Part shown: one piece after another, positions 1 through 13,838 of the stretch | Numbering within the stretch: position 1 is the stretch's first letter | Layout of the letters: each line of letters begins with the position of its first letter | Source of the DNA: Tubiluchus corallicola | Taxonomy: Eukaryota; Animalia; Priapulida | Assembly (NCBI GenBank): GCA_030141605.1 | Contig: JAQGDQ010000342.1 | Location: 186,001-250,000 of the forward strand | Direction: 5' to 3' | Length of the DNA: 64,000 bases | Translations under genes and position numbers: made by a program | Notes under the pieces: generated by a model | Seen by the model: the letters and a program-made list of their open reading frames with translations, nothing else | Told to the model about the DNA's origin: nothing | Database searches by the model: none

Positions 1-1539
1 AACCGTTACATACGTGCTAATAAGCTACTTACAGTGATATAGAGAAAATTACTGAAATTTACTGTTGGCAGTGCGAACTGCGACAGGACAGAAAGAATCT
101 AAAGTCTTTGTGGTTTTAGCGTTAAGCGAACGGTATTTACGGCCATTTTCAAAAAATGTATGACCAGAATGACATGGGCTATTAATGATATAACTTGTGC
201 TCACGTTGCAACCCTAGTTTCGTGCAAATCTGTTACAGGTTGCTGTTCAATACCTATTATTTTTGAAGCGGGTTTAACATTCGGATCGAGAGCATTATGA
301 TCTCCCTGCGTGATAGCCCCATGTCAAAGAGTGAGGGCTGTCGTTAAGACAGTTTCAATTACTGCCCGATTAAAATTCGCCATCACAGCAGGGGAAATGT
401 TAAATGATTTAAGTTGTCTTAAAAAGTACGGACGCTGATGGGTCTTTTAACACAACAGAGCACGTTAGCTTCACATTTAAGATCATCTAAACTTTTACTT
501 CCAGAAATTTTAAAACTTTGGCAATTTCAACGGCTGTATTATGTATAAGTAAAATTAAATGAAATACTTCTGCCCGAAAACCTTAATATAGCTGCCTTAG
601 GAAATAATGATCTGTTGAAGTTGTTATTATTCGGAAAAGATGAATTTAACTATGTTGCTAACTGTAAAATATTCCTATGCATACTTGACTTCATATTACG
701 TACTAAACGCTTCCAGTAGTTTCTATCTGGTATGAAATGCATCAGTCTTAAATAATCGTACATTAATATTTTCTAACCGTCATTTTCTACTAATGTCTAA
801 TGTAAAACTTGTCAACTTGTGTAGTTATAGTCAATTCTTACTGTAAATGTTCTTGTAAATAGTGTATAAAGTCTGTTGTGGTGAGGATCCTAAATCATGT
901 TGTTCAAACTGTCTGATCCAATCGTAAATAAATTATGTTTAAACTAAACTAAGTAAAGACACTATATTAGTAAATTTTATGAGTCTTTATTGTGATGAGC
1001 TTTCAATGCATTTCAGGTTGTAGTAATATTCAACAGCATGTTGCGTCATGTGTTCGTAAGAAGATGCCGACAGCCTATAGTTTTTCTGCTTAGTATAATT
1101 ATTGACATCTTCCACATGCAGAGGGCGCTGCTAGAGGGTGCTGTGACTGTTGTTACATCTGTCAACACAACAGTTTGACAAAATATTTTAGTGGTATAAT
1201 ACCAGCATGGATGTAATGAGTCTCGTGTTCTTCTTTTCAGATTTATAGTCTTGTTAAGGCGTGAATTCATACCGGGGAAGCCGTGAAACCACTAACTCAA
1301 ATTGGCTCTGGGATTACTGTCGCAGACATGTGTGTTCTGTTAAGTTGAGATCACGAATGGATCATTTTGAACTGATACACGTTGTTAAACACTTAGCAGC
1401 TGTTTTTTCTAATTGCTTAACTTCTGAAAACACAGTAATTATTGTCATAATAGTTTATGGCGACGAAAATAATATTTGCGAAATGAAACGATATTAAACT
1501 TTGAGGGATTGCGCGGGGGTTGCACAACAATAGGAAGCA

Positions 1540-2080
<541 letters not shown>

Positions 2081-2899
2081 AAACGCGTACAGTTTTGAAA
2101 TGCAGTTACGCAAATACAAAGCCAACATGAAACAAATAGAGAAAGTGCACAGTTACCTGCTGGACGAAAATAACTTATTAAACTGAATAAGAAGCTAACA
2201 ATTATTTAAAGTTAACTGTACCACGAAAAGAGACTGTGTGGTATCTAATGGCGGGTATTGAATTTTCTCTTGCGAACCGAGTTTTACTTGGCGATCCAAA
2301 AATAGGGAAGCCACGGGAGCACAGACTTGGTCATCTGAGAACTTGTTTGCTTATACAACTCGGACAGACTACATGCACTTGGCTATAATTATGCAGGCTG
2401 ATATGCGCTGGAAGACATTTCCTACTGCAAGGAAGGTCACACGAGATCTTTTCTAAAGCAGAACTAAGTTTGGTAAGCACCATACTTTAAACTGCCATCA
2501 AAAACTGATAGAAAATGCAAAATTCTAAAGCAGTTGCCTACAATGTAAGACCTAAGCGTCAAAACGAACTCTACGGAAATTATTTCCCTTTTCTTGTCAC
2601 ACAAGCTGATATTGACCATTGCATCATAGGAAAATTAACACCGAGATAAACGTCTAACAACGTATAAAACTCTGAAAAGGAGATGCGACTACAAGTTGAA
2701 AGTCTAGTTACATTGAATATTGTTTTTTTTTATTAAAGTTGTGTTCTTCCAATTTGTAAATTGGTTAATAATAATAAATTCATTTGATAAATCAGCAGGA
2801 AGTGTCTTCATAAAGATATGAATTGATCTGATTTGGCCTGTGAGCTTTCTCAATATGTTAGTACATTGTGTACGTCGTGTGTTGTTGCAATTAATATAA

Positions 2900-3030
2900 A
2901 CCCAGTTCACGATTTGCACGTAACGAGCATGAATTGTGTCATATTTTTGTATTAACAAAAACTGATTATCGGTGCACATGTAATGTATACGTATATGTTT
3001 ATTGCGAAATAAATCTATTAAACTAAATGT
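2900..3030 (+). mobile_element. Dispersed repeat, probable LINE 3' tail; inverted copy at about 20545-20660
   Basis: tgtgtcatatttttgtattaacaaaaactgattatcggtgcacatgtaatg..tttattgcgaaataaatctattaaactaa matches the reverse complement of 20545-20660. Ends in AATAAA plus a short repeat tail. Confidence 0.6.
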
Positions 3031-4023
3031 AAATATAAATTTAAGTTTAAAAATTTAATGAAACCTTACAAATGTTACTGTTTAGTCGCGTCCATGAGAA
3101 GTGCACTGGCGCTAAAAATGGTCATCCTACTTATGCGAGTTTAGCAAATCCATTAGGGCGGCCATTTTGTATTTAGCGCTAGATAAACAGCAGTTGATAT
3201 TCAGTACTGTTTTACAAATGTAAAATTTTATACAATGCTACACGTCCGCGAAGCTTGCGTTATAAGATAAAGTACGTTGCAACTATTTAGTGACTCTTTT
3301 TAGCTAAGCGGGTTCTTTTTGACAGTTCCTGTCAAACGTGAATAGTTTATAAAAACTAAAAAGACCTCTCATTCAGTGCCTGGCAACTCGTTTGGAGCAG
3401 GGAGTGAGTTGTGAGCAACTAAGAGGCAACTCACCATTCATTTGAATAGGAAAAAGTTTGTTTATTTGCAAAGAAATCAAGTTGTTTAGATTGGATGCGC
3501 ATTGCATATCCACACTTACTTCATAATTAACTATAGTCTATGTTTGTAAGCAAACTAAAAACAAGTGAGCTAAAGTAGGGTAAAGGGAATTTCACACACC
3601 TAGTAAATTCACCATATTTTGAGACGCATTCCTCATTTCCTGTAACCTATCCAAAATTTTGACATTCTAATATTCACTGCATAGTTAAATCTTAAAATAA
3701 ATAATTTCAAAATAAAAACATTGTTAGTTTTGCTAGTAAACAAAATGATTCTCCAACAAAATAAGCAAAAAATTCGTAGCAACGCAACGTAAACAAACAG
3801 TCTGTAATGTCTTTCTACCTAGCGCCTATAAACTGACAAAGTGGTTGACGAGTTCGACGAAATAAGAAAGACCAAATTTTTCTAAAGACAATATAAATAA
3901 ATAAATTTCATAGAAAAAATAATGGAATTTTCTGAAGCTGTGGCTTAAAGTGACAAAGTAAAACCAGGACAGCCTAACACTGACATTTGCGTATTCGAAA
4001 AATACAGACTAGAATCCACTTAC

Positions 4024-4150
4024 CTAAGAAATGACGTCAAACAGCTCCCCGACGATTTGCTCAGCAAATGAGGGGCAAGAGAGAGGAGGAAGAGAAGCAG
4101 ACGACCCAAAAGTTGGTCACGTGTCGAAAGTTGAAACTGCGCATGCGCGA
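4024..4150 (-). promoter_or_regulatory. Putative promoter and non-coding first exon of a leftward gene
   Basis: NRF1/Ewg-type palindrome TGCGCATGCGC at 4138-4148, E-box CACGTG at 4118-4123, and a strong minus-strand donor AG|GTAAGT at 4024/4023. Confidence 0.35.
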
Positions 4151-4410
4151 GGATTATCACGTTCTAATTATGCCGGCTCCTGTGTGCTGGCTTCATTTTA
4201 TGTAGATTTACACAAGGCGTCTCATAGAGACCCGTGCTTAGCCTTACAAGTTAAGCAATACCCAGGCTGGTCAGTGCACGAATGGATGACTGCAGAGTTC
4301 AGCACTCGTTCAGGGTGGTTTCGTTCGCCATGCTGATTCTGGCCATTTACCGCATACAGGGGCAATGTGTTTACCTCGGAATTTGGTTAGAAAATCTTTG
4401 CCAGTTCAAG

Positions 4411-4763
4411 CGCCTATGATGCAACAAAGCGTCCAGCGTCTGGAAGCGAGAAAGAACGTATGTATTGTCAATGGGCGATGAACTCAAAGATTCTGGAAGC
4501 AGGCGCTGGAAACTCTTCCTATCCGTGAGGGTCTGGCGACCAACGTCCGTTCTTCAACCAGCCAATGATGACTCGGCCTGCCGCTTACTGTACGAATGAA
4601 TAACGTAAAGACAGCGAGAAAGTCAGAAATAAACTTGATATCGGCCATTTTGTTTTTCTGCGAAGAAGATAGAGATTAGATGCTTTGATTTTAACTTGTT
4701 ACTCAGAAGCCAGACGCAGGACACTGGAAGCCAAACGCTGGACGCTTTCGTGTATCACTTGGC
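4411..4763. mobile_element. MITE with about 30-bp imperfect TIRs (PIF/Harbinger-like)
   Basis: Left gcctatgatgcaacaaagcgtccagcgtctgg versus right ccaaacgctggacgctttcgtgtatcacttggc (reverse complements). The internal part is homologous to the 106-bp array at 29968-30400. Confidence 0.7.
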
Positions 4764-5489
4764 TTTACTTGATCAGAGACAATTTTATACTAAGTAATTG
4801 TTAATTTAGGCCCGCTCGAGTATACAAAAATAAATTATGTAGTTGTGTAAAGTTAATTTGTGTGTATAACACTTGTGATTCGCTTGAAATATATCTAATT
4901 TATGTATAAAATGTTATTCGTTGTACATAGTGTGAAACTGGAAATATTTAAAAGATGTAATTTGTTGATCTGAGCCTGCAAAAAGAGGTACCTTTTTGTA
5001 TATATGTTAATTTCTTTAATAAAGATTTATTATTATTATTATTATATTTGGCTTTAGCGACTCATCTTAAAGGATTAGCTTCTACCACGAGTTAAATTCC
5101 AGTCTAACCACAACTGTCCAAATTGAGTCGACTCCGACTGTATTCCGACTTGCAATGTGCCTAATTGAACTGACAAAATACCTAGTGAGGCGAGAGAGGA
5201 AAGCGGGAAAAGAGAACACAAGTTTTATGCCCAAGTTGGTAATTAAAAGAAGCACAAGTTTAGGTTTTTTGTCATAGGTTGCTAAATGTAAATTAAATAA
5301 ATGTAAATTTAAGTAAATGTTTATTAAAAGTAAAAAAATAAAGTAAATTTAGTAGAAAACTCAAAAATCTTGCGTGCATTTTAACGTCGTTCAATTTAAT
5401 TTCCGTCAACAGGTGGCACCACATGATAAAATGTAAGCACGTTGATGCAATGTATACACAATAATAATTGTAATTATTGATTGGTCTTT

Positions 5490-5960
5490 ACAACTAACCA
5501 ACTAACCAACCAGTCAGCCGATCAACCAGCCATTCAATAAAACAACCAAGCAGCAAACAAACCAACTAACTAACTAGTCAGCCAACCAACCACCATCCAT
5601 CCATCCAGCCAACTAACCAGCCTTTAAATCAGCCAGCTAATGATCAGTTAACCTAACGACCAACCAATAAATAAACCAGCCAATCAACCAAGTAACCGAT
5701 CAGTCAACAAACCGATTAAATATGCAACCAACAACCAAACAACCAACCAATAAATAAACCAGCCAATCAACCAAGTAACCGATCAGTCAACAAACCGATT
5801 AAATATGCAACCAACAACCAACCAACCAACCGGCCAGTTAGCTAACTAATAAATCAATCAACCAACCAGCGAACTAGGCAGAACTAGCTCGTCAGTAATC
5901 AATCATCAAATCATCTAGTCAACTGACAAACCAGTCAATCAACCGACTGACTAAAAAATT
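5490..5960 (+). repeat. Degenerate (AACC)n tetranucleotide tract with an internal duplication of about 85 bp
   Basis: caaccaacc/ccagcc motifs throughout; aataaataaa..ccagccaatcaaccaagtaaccgatcagtcaacaaaccgattaaatatgc occurs twice. Confidence 0.8.
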
Positions 5961-5997
5961 AGCAAGCCCACGCACCAGATGAAGCAACAGTGAACTA

Positions 5998-6726
5998 TAG
6001 GTTTTTACACGTCAAATGTAGACACAGAAAAGTTCAAATGTGACTTAGGTAAGTCAAGTGCAGACATAGGAATTTCAAATGTGTTTTGGTAACTCAAATG
6101 TCACCTAGGTAAGTCAAATGTAGTGCGGTACTTTGAATAAATCGGCAATTAACTCATTTAAGTGCAAATTACAGAAAGCTAAACCAAAGATAGCCATCAT
6201 CCTCTTTCATAACTTTGAAAAATGCATTGTTTATCCTCAAACTAAATTCTTTGATAAACCATAACGTCGGTAGAAAAGAATAAATTGGTTCCCACTTCCC
6301 AATGAACAGTGAATCACTAATTAGTTTTTTAAGTAATGCATTAGCACTGCATTAATGAATCAGTTTCTCTTAAGAATGTATTGCTTTCTCTAAGAGTTCC
6401 AATGGTATGTAAAGTTTACAGAATATTAGTGAACTATTAGTAGGCCTAGAAAGTTATTATTTTCACAGCAATTATTAAATTTAAATTAAAGAAGATTAAA
6501 TTTAACATCTTTATGCTTTACCACCTATCCACATTTGAGATACCAATGTCACATTTGACTTGACTTGTGTCTACATTTGACTTACCAAAAACGCTTAAGA
6601 TTTCTTGAAAACCATTGTTAACACATTTGAACCACCTAAGTCTACATTTGAGTTACCAAGACACATTTGAATTACCTAAATCTACATTTGACTTAACGTA
6701 GGTCTACATTTGACATTTAAAACCTA
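5998..6726. mobile_element. MITE family A (TIR TAGGTTTTACACGTCAAATGTAGAC, 20-bp subterminal repeats), copy 1
   Basis: Both TIRs present, TA at the ends, arrays of tcaaatgtagac/tcaaatgtgac subrepeats. Homologous copies at 31838-32614, 40101-40890 and about 56308-56896. Confidence 0.9.
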
Positions 6727-7375
6727 TAATTAATCTATAACTTGATTTATCCAATTACTAATGAAACTGCGAGTCAGCCTGCGACTTTGCAGCAAATTAT
6801 TGTTAACTATATACTCAACGAAAGCTTATGACAGCACAAATAGTTGTACAAAACTACAAATACCGAACTATAAAATGTTATCAATTTTATTATTCACAGC
6901 AATGAACAGTTAAAATACAGCAAAGTTTTACTTAGTAAAATAATACGTTAAAACAAACGCAATATTACATGCATTTTAATATTATACGAAGCATTTAACA
7001 CACAAAAAATAACATTATAAATACCACTAGGCTAAAAGGCAAATTACTATAATATAAAAAACTACGGATATGCATTAAAATCATAAATTACAGGCGAAAC
7101 CATATTACGCATGCTTTAAAAACCGAATGAAACACGCTCTAACACTAAAAGCTGAAGAACTGTTTTCAATTAAAGTTACACACAATGCAATGGCCTCCAC
7201 ATCAACAAGAATTCAACAAAGACCAGCAATCATAGCTGTTTATTTTAACAATTCTTCTCTTAGACAAGGTTTTAAACTTCAAACGCACGCAAAAGCAAAT
7301 ATCAACTATTCAAAACCAAAAAATGGGACGAAGTACTCTTCTTTAGAATGTCTCATAGGAGACAAAGTGAAATGA

Positions 7376-8260
7376 TCACTCAAAAAGAGTGCCAGAGTTA
7401 GTAATATCTGAAAACACACACGGTGTCTCGCCCAAACCAATGGATTCATTAGCCATACAAGCCCAGCAATGGTTCTCCGTAGGTGGAGTCAGATATTCCA
7501 CCTCCACTTTGGAGCCATTGCTCTCGTTGCACAGAATGCCGCTGAGAATATCCGAGGCCGTCATTGTCTCTTTTTCGGAGATACTAGGCGAATTGGAAGA
7601 ACTTACGGGGTCGGTTGTTGATGATGACTTCGGCTTCATACACAGGACGTTGGCACTTTTCAAGCCCAACTTCGATATCTCAAAATCACTTAATCTCTGT
7701 TTCTTCCAGTGTGGTTTAGGTGATGATTCCAGTTCGGGAACCTTCCTGTCTTCATGTCCGTCAGCCACTTTCCACATGAAGCCGTGACCCTTGGCTCGCC
7801 TGCCTTTGGTAAATGCAGGGTTGATGGACAAGTGATGGCGGATGCTGTTTCTCCACCGCTTTTTCGACCATCTGTAGTAAGGAAAGCGCTCCATGATCCA
7901 CTTGTACACCTCAGATACACTCATCTCTTTGTGCTCGTAAAGCGCCATGTCTATGAGCTGACCGTATGTGTAATTTGGTCTCCGATGCCCCTTTGCCACT
8001 TCTTGAGGTTTGCTTACGTAGACGTCAGCATATGCCTGTGGAGAGTGCATGATGTCTTGCTGTGCTTCAACATACTCATTCTCAGATGACGCTAGGTCTT
8101 CGGGATTCTCTTCCTTTAATTCTTCAACAAAGGGAACCAGCTTGTAATCGGTTAGCCATTGCAGATCTTTAAGTTCGCCAATACAGTCGTCCGTAACGTT
8201 CAGTTTGACATCATCTGTGGTTTCCGTAGTCTTTTCTTCTGATTCGTCAGAAGATGACAT
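7376..8260 (-). CDS. Forkhead-box transcription factor, fd3F/FoxT-like (294 aa, single coding exon)
   Basis: Forkhead domain RPNYTYGQLIDMALYEHKEMSVSEVYKWIMERFPYY..RWRNSIRHHLSINPAFTKG..GHGFMW and an N-terminal LxDLQWL motif. LSINPxFxKG and the C-terminal ILSGI..VEVEYLTP resemble arthropod fd3F/FoxT proteins as I recall them. Probable 5'UTR intron at about 9943-8422. Confidence 0.9.
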   Translation of the reverse strand: MSSSDESEEKTTETTDDVKLNVTDDCIGELKDLQWLTDYKLVPFVEELKEENPEDLASSENEYVEAQQDIMHSPQAYADVYVSKPQEVAKGHRRPNYTYGQLIDMALYEHKEMSVSEVYKWIMERFPYYRWSKKRWRNSIRHHLSINPAFTKGRRAKGHGFMWKVADGHEDRKVPELESSPKPHWKKQRLSDFEISKLGLKSANVLCMKPKSSSTTDPVSSSNSPSISEKETMTASDILSGILCNESNGSKVEVEYLTPPTENHCWACMANESIGLGETPCVFSDITNSGTLFE

Positions 8261-8887
8261 TGTTTTAGATTGTTGTGAATGGTAAATGGAAACGTCAGAA
8301 TCTGATGTTAATATGAATGTGCAAGTAAATACCCGAAAGGGGTGTGGTGACTACAAAATCCTTGAGCTAGAATGACCCTTTGTAGTGTCCTCACAACTGA
8401 ATGGTTTCACGTCTTCACTATCTATGTAAAAAGTTAAAAAATGTTGTTTTTATTTAATAACCAATTTAAGAAACAAGGCACTTAGCTAGAACAGTAACTT
8501 CGTTTTGGAATCGTAGATCAAAATATGATATTTAACTACAGGTTATTTTGCCACGTCCTAGACAAACCCACGGCTGTCAGAAGTAAATTGAAAAAGAGCG
8601 GGGGCAGTTTTTATATTATTTCATGGCAACTGTGACGATGACGGTGACAGTGGTGGAAATGAAAGTTTATCATTGACAAATGACAATCCATCCATTACTT
8701 TCACGTAAAAGACTAAATTGTATTTCTCACTGCTTGGAATATGATTTAGCCTTTATATTTTTAATAGTCATTTTAAGAAAAATGTACTTTCAAGTACCTC
8801 TGGGCAGATTACCTAGCTTTTGATTACCAATTAATGATTGTAAATTTATTTGAACTTGCGTATGCGATCTGGTGGTTTTTCTTACCA

Positions 8888-8894
<7 letters not shown>

Positions 8895-8975
<81 letters not shown>
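8895..8975 (+). repeat. (CT)n microsatellite
   Basis: Perfect CT repeat of about 40 units. Confidence 0.98.
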
Positions 8976-8977
<2 letters not shown>

Positions 8978-9943
8978 ACTCTCGGTGAAGTTTTTGGGTA
9001 TCTTATAACACATTCGCGATTTAAGAGGTGATATTATCTTGATAGTGATGTAAAGTATTTTGATATCATCTATATCTGATGGCATCTATTACGCCAAATG
9101 ATAGTTTGCCTACCTTGATACTAGGTAGTGTAACAAATTTTACACATGAACTTAAATTACTTAAAATGCACCATGGAACATGTTTATGACAATTTAATTT
9201 TCTCATATTTATGTATACGTGTATGTGTTTGTGTGCATGTTTATTATCAGTGTTTGTTACTGTAAATTTTAATTTTTTTATGTTAATATTAATTATTTTT
9301 AACTATAATAATATAAACGTTTGTTTCTAATAGAGAGTTCAAAGTGTTAAATAAAAAATTGAAATAAATCAATCCATTTTTCTCTCCTTTTCTCTCTCAT
9401 TCTCTTTCTTCCTGGCTTCCTCCTGTCTTTCGTACTCCCAATTTCTCGATCTTTCTCGCTCTCTTTGCCGCTCTGTTTCCATTCCGCCTTCTTGTGCTCT
9501 GTCTCAGTGTCACTGGAGCAATTTATTAACTTAAAGTTCTCCAAAAAATATTTGGCCTAATATCCTGCAGAGCGGAATTTGCAATTACATTTAATTGACA
9601 TTAGATTACCAAAGACATTTTCTGCGGGCAATTTACAACGCGTAATATTTGCGTATATCTGGATTTCCTCCATCAGAAAAAAACTTGTAAAAACCTATTC
9701 TGGTCCTATACTATAGTGTCGCTACTGATCGTTTGTTTCAGCTTCAAACTTTTTGGTATTGGCACTTAAGAAGCAAGAGACCATTCTTATTACTCCTAGA
9801 ACTATTAGAATGAAATTATTGCTGGTTGCTACTAACCTACAACTACTGACCGTCCCTTGAATGCCAAATCAGTACGTTATATTGACAGTGAAGTTAACCT
9901 TCAAGTTAACTTAATGCTTAAACAGAATCTACACCCGCATTAC

Positions 9944-10270
9944 CTTATTTGGTTTGTTATCATAGTAGCAGTAAGTTAACAACTGCGTCAGCCTTAATTT
10001 TTTCCAGTTAAAAATTTCCAGTGAAATTTAATTTTAGTCATTAACTCAGTCGTCTGCTTAGCACGAGTCACGAAAATGACGAAATAGGTGGCGCAAAATG
10101 CTAATAATTGAACAAGTGAACAACAGTAATTGCAACACATTTTTCCGTGAATCCCGGTTTTGTACCAAAGTTGCGTAACGTGAAACTTACTTCAGATTTT
10201 GTTGGGTTAAAAGAAAATAAATTTCAGCAATTTAGTCGCGTATTGTGTGATTAGATTGGCCGCTATTCGG
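9944..10270. promoter_or_regulatory. Putative bidirectional promoter shared by the Fox gene (-) and ABCF2 (+)
   Basis: Divergent genes. Minus-strand donor AAG|GTAATG at 9944/9943 and plus-strand donor TCG|GTAATT at 10269/10270 flank a CpG-richer patch with a CTCF-like TAGGTGGCGC at 10085. Confidence 0.45.
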
Positions 10271-11981
10271 TAATTATTTGATTGGTGTTTGGTATTTCTG
10301 TTTAAATTTATAAGTAGGCCTAAATGTACACATTAAAAATTTACCACTTGGTGCGTTATTAATAGTATTAGTATTACTCTGTGAACAGTGTGCAATTTCG
10401 TTAATTTTTGTGATAACCTTTGTGTGTGACTCACTTCGCAAGGGCAGTTGTAGTGTTGCGTGATTTTGGATTTTTTTCCAATCCGCTATCGTTTCGATAT
10501 TCAACTATGGACATGATCGCTTTTGCTGTCATTTAATATCATTCTGATTTCGAACCAAACTCTTTTTGGTAAAACATCCTAAAATTTCAGTTAAATTTAG
10601 TGAACTTAGCAACACCATGAAGTAAATTCTACCGTATAAACCTTAATTGAGAATGTTCATCATTGCATGAAAAAATAAGGAAAGGTTAGCACTTGTGTTT
10701 TTTTGTAAAATTAAAGCAGTCTGGCAAGAAATCATTATTGACAAACGAAGTCCCAATTTTCCAGCAGCAGTGCATGAGATAAGTACAGTCCTTATCTACA
10801 GTGTTACTCGGCATTTGCCGCTAGACTTGTGTGGGTGTTCAACAATGAAGCATAGAAGTTCATCTACAGTTTAAAGAGTTTAATACTGTAGATACGTGGC
10901 TATACTCTGCATATTCTATCATACTTTCACGCCAATCCACCAAGATCGCTTATAGACCTACAGCACTCCCTTACAGCAGGGTTCCCATGGTCGGGGGGGG
11001 GGGGGTAATCCTTGAAAATACTAGGCATCCTGGAAAGTCAGGCAAAAAGGAAATTTGGTAAAACGTTAGGGAAAATGATGAAAATGGGGCAAAAAGTCAG
11101 GGAAACTGAAAAGGATTGGAGAAATGTGCTAACCTTGGGTGGCACAGATGACTGAAAAGCATGTCGTACAAAACGCATATATATTATTGTTGTTTACAGC
11201 GGCTATTCCCAGCGGAAATGCAGACAGTCGTGACTAACTGGACTTTCTAGTTTCTTCAGTAATATTGTAATAAATTATTGATAAGGTAGAAACTCCGAAA
11301 AAACAACTCATGTGCTTAATGAAAAGTAAATGTATCGCACTCTTACTTTCAGTGAAGCAGCTAAGTGCCTATGTCTGTTACGGCTATCAATTTTGTTAAT
11401 AATTTTTTTTTTACTATAGCACGCAGTTTGCAAATTTACTCCTGAATCGACTATTCAGCCCTGCAGTTGGTTTCAATCTTGTTGTTATTGTAATTGTTAT
11501 ATTGTTCACAGAATCACAATATGTTAATGTGTCACATGCAGGCTACCAAATTGGCGTGAGTGGACTTTTTGCTCGTAGTCTGCTTAGATGGAATTTTTTG
11601 GTCTAGATTTCTAGACGTCTGCTATAAACTGCAAAGTGTATAATCTTAAATTCTGCTTGCTAAGCATATTGTTCAAGTACTGTTAATAGACACACTATGC
11701 TACACTTACCTTGAGTGTAAGCAGTCTTGTGCTACATGAAAACAAGAAACCAGCCATTAAGCCTGTAACAGGTCACCACATTATCCTTTTCACTTTAGCC
11801 ACTGCAGAACTTTACAGTTAAATTTTTAAGTTTAACAATGACAGTTTTTAGTGTACAGTGCCATTTTACTTTTCGTGTATTAAGAATTTAGTTCTAAACT
11901 TTTAATACCTTTTAACATGTTGATCTTACTGCAATGTATAATTTTTGGTTTTATTATAGTTATTTGTCAAACTACATAAGC

Positions 11982-13838
11982 ATGCCATCTGACGCAAAGA
12001 AAAGGCGTGATGCTAAGAAAAAAGAAGCGGCCAAAACGCGTGGACAGAAGAAGCCTACTAAGGTTGATGAAGGTGATAGTATAGGTCAAAATGGCTTAGC
12101 TAATGGTTCATTAAATGGTGCAGTAGAAACAGATGACATATCGACAGAATTGGATAATCTAAAATTGAGTAGTAGTGGTCGGGCATGTACGGGTGCTTTG
12201 GCATCTCATCCAAATAGTCGTGATTTAAAAATAATCAATTTTTCTGTGACGTTTTACGGTACGGAATTATTATCTGATACAACTCTTGAGCTTAACGTGG
12301 GTCGGCGGTATGGAATTATAGGATTGAATGGTTGTGGAAAGTCCACATTTATGACAGTGTTAGGCAATAGAGAGGTGGATATACCATCTCACATGGACAT
12401 TTACCATTTGACTCGCGAGATTGCTGCTATGGAAAAGACGGCATTAGAATGCGTAAAGGATGTGGATCGGGAAAAAGCTAAGCTGGAAAGTGAAGCGGAG
12501 TTTCTAGCTCATTGTGACGATCAAGAGGCTCACGACCACCTGATGGAAATTTACGAGCGATTAGATGAGCTGGATTCTAGTCTGGCGGAAGCCAGAGCCG
12601 GACGAATTCTCCACGGCTTGGGATTCAACAAACAGATGCAACATCAGAAGACGAAAGATTTTTCGGGCGGTTGGCGAATGCGCATTGCTTTAGCTCGTGC
12701 TCTGTACCTCCGTCCGCATCTGTTGCTTCTCGACGAGCCCACAAATCATCTGGATCTGGATGCTTGTGTGTGGCTTGAAGAAGAGTTGAAGAACTACAGC
12801 AGAATCCTGGTGCTTATTTCTCACAGTCAAGACTTCCTCAATGGTGTCTGCACTAATATGATCCATTTACGCAACAGACGGTTAACGTATTACGGGGGTA
12901 ACTATGACACGTTTGTTCAGACTAGAGCAGAGTTGGAGGAGAATCAAATGAAACGATACAAGTGGGAACAGGATCAGATGGCGCACATGAAGGAGTACAT
13001 TGCCAGATTTGGTCACGGAAGTGCAAAGCTCGCTCGCCAGGCACAGAGTAAAGAAAAAACCCTCGCCAAAATGGTCGCCGGTGGGCTGACGGAAAAAGTA
13101 GTGGCCGACAAGACGTTGAGTTTTTATTTTCCAGACTGCGGCAAAATTCCACCTCCAGTTGTTATGGTGCAGAACGTCTCGTTCCGGTACGGCAACGACA
13201 AGCCGTTCATCTATAAGAACGTGGAGTTTGGGTTGGATTTGGACTCGAGAGTGGCGCTCGTGGGTCCAAATGGCGCAGGAAAGTCGACGCTTTTGAAACT
13301 GCTGAATGGTGACCTAACTCCAACAGATGGTTTAATTAGGAAAAACAGCCATTTGAGGATAGGCCGGTATCATCAACACATGCATGAACAGTTGGACTTG
13401 AGCCTTTCTGCTTTGGAATACATGATGAAGTGTTTTCCGGAGATCAAAGAAGTGGAAGAGTGGAGACGGATTATAGGTCGTTACGGCCTTTCGGGTAAAC
13501 AGCAGGTTGTGCCAATGAAGAACTTGTCAGACGGTGAACGTTGTCGCGTCTCGTTCTCCTGGTTGTCTCGCTTCTGTCCTCACTTGCTTCTCATGGATGA
13601 ACCGACTAATCATTTAGACATCGAAACAATTGACGCCCTTGCTGAAGCTGTCAACGATTTCGAGGGTGGTCTGGTCCTTGTTAGTCACGACTTTCGACTG
13701 ATTACTCAGGTTGCCAAGGAGATTTGGGTTTGTGAAAAGCAGACTATTACCCCGTGGAAAGGTGACATTATGGACTACAAGGAACACTTGAAGAAGAAAG
13801 TGGCCAAAGAAGAAAAACAGTTCAATAAAAAGAAGTAA
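11982..13838 (+). CDS. ABCF2: ATP-binding cassette sub-family F member 2 (intronless CDS, 618 aa)
   Basis: Starts [18 protein letters not shown]. Two ABC domains ([29 protein letters not shown] and [29 protein letters not shown]), no TM segments, linker [19 protein letters not shown]. The ORF-track ATG at 11934 lies upstream of a splice acceptor (ttattatAG, 11959). AATAAA at about 14471. Confidence 0.97.
   Translation: MPSDAKKRRDAKKKEAAKTRGQKKPTKVDEGDSIGQNGLANGSLNGAVETDDISTELDNLKLSSSGRACTGALASHPNSRDLKIINFSVTFYGTELLSDTTLELNVGRRYGIIGLNGCGKSTFMTVLGNREVDIPSHMDIYHLTREIAAMEKTALECVKDVDREKAKLESEAEFLAHCDDQEAHDHLMEIYERLDELDSSLAEARAGRILHGLGFNKQMQHQKTKDFSGGWRMRIALARALYLRPHLLLLDEPTNHLDLDACVWLEEELKNYSRILVLISHSQDFLNGVCTNMIHLRNRRLTYYGGNYDTFVQTRAELEENQMKRYKWEQDQMAHMKEYIARFGHGSAKLARQAQSKEKTLAKMVAGGLTEKVVADKTLSFYFPDCGKIPPPVVMVQNVSFRYGNDKPFIYKNVEFGLDLDSRVALVGPNGAGKSTLLKLLNGDLTPTDGLIRKNSHLRIGRYHQHMHEQLDLSLSALEYMMKCFPEIKEVEEWRRIIGRYGLSGKQQVVPMKNLSDGERCRVSFSWLSRFCPHLLLMDEPTNHLDIETIDALAEAVNDFEGGLVLVSHDFRLITQVAKEIWVCEKQTITPWKGDIMDYKEHLKKKVAKEEKQFNKKK

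Noticed and set aside
7389-8089. Plus-strand ORFs overlapping the Fox gene (and 41445-42083 over the IR)
   Set aside because: Antisense shadows of real coding sequence with no recognisable motifs.
11934-11981. N-terminal extension [16 protein letters not shown] of ABCF2
   Set aside because: Overlaps a pyrimidine tract and AG acceptor; the conserved protein starts at MPSD (11982).
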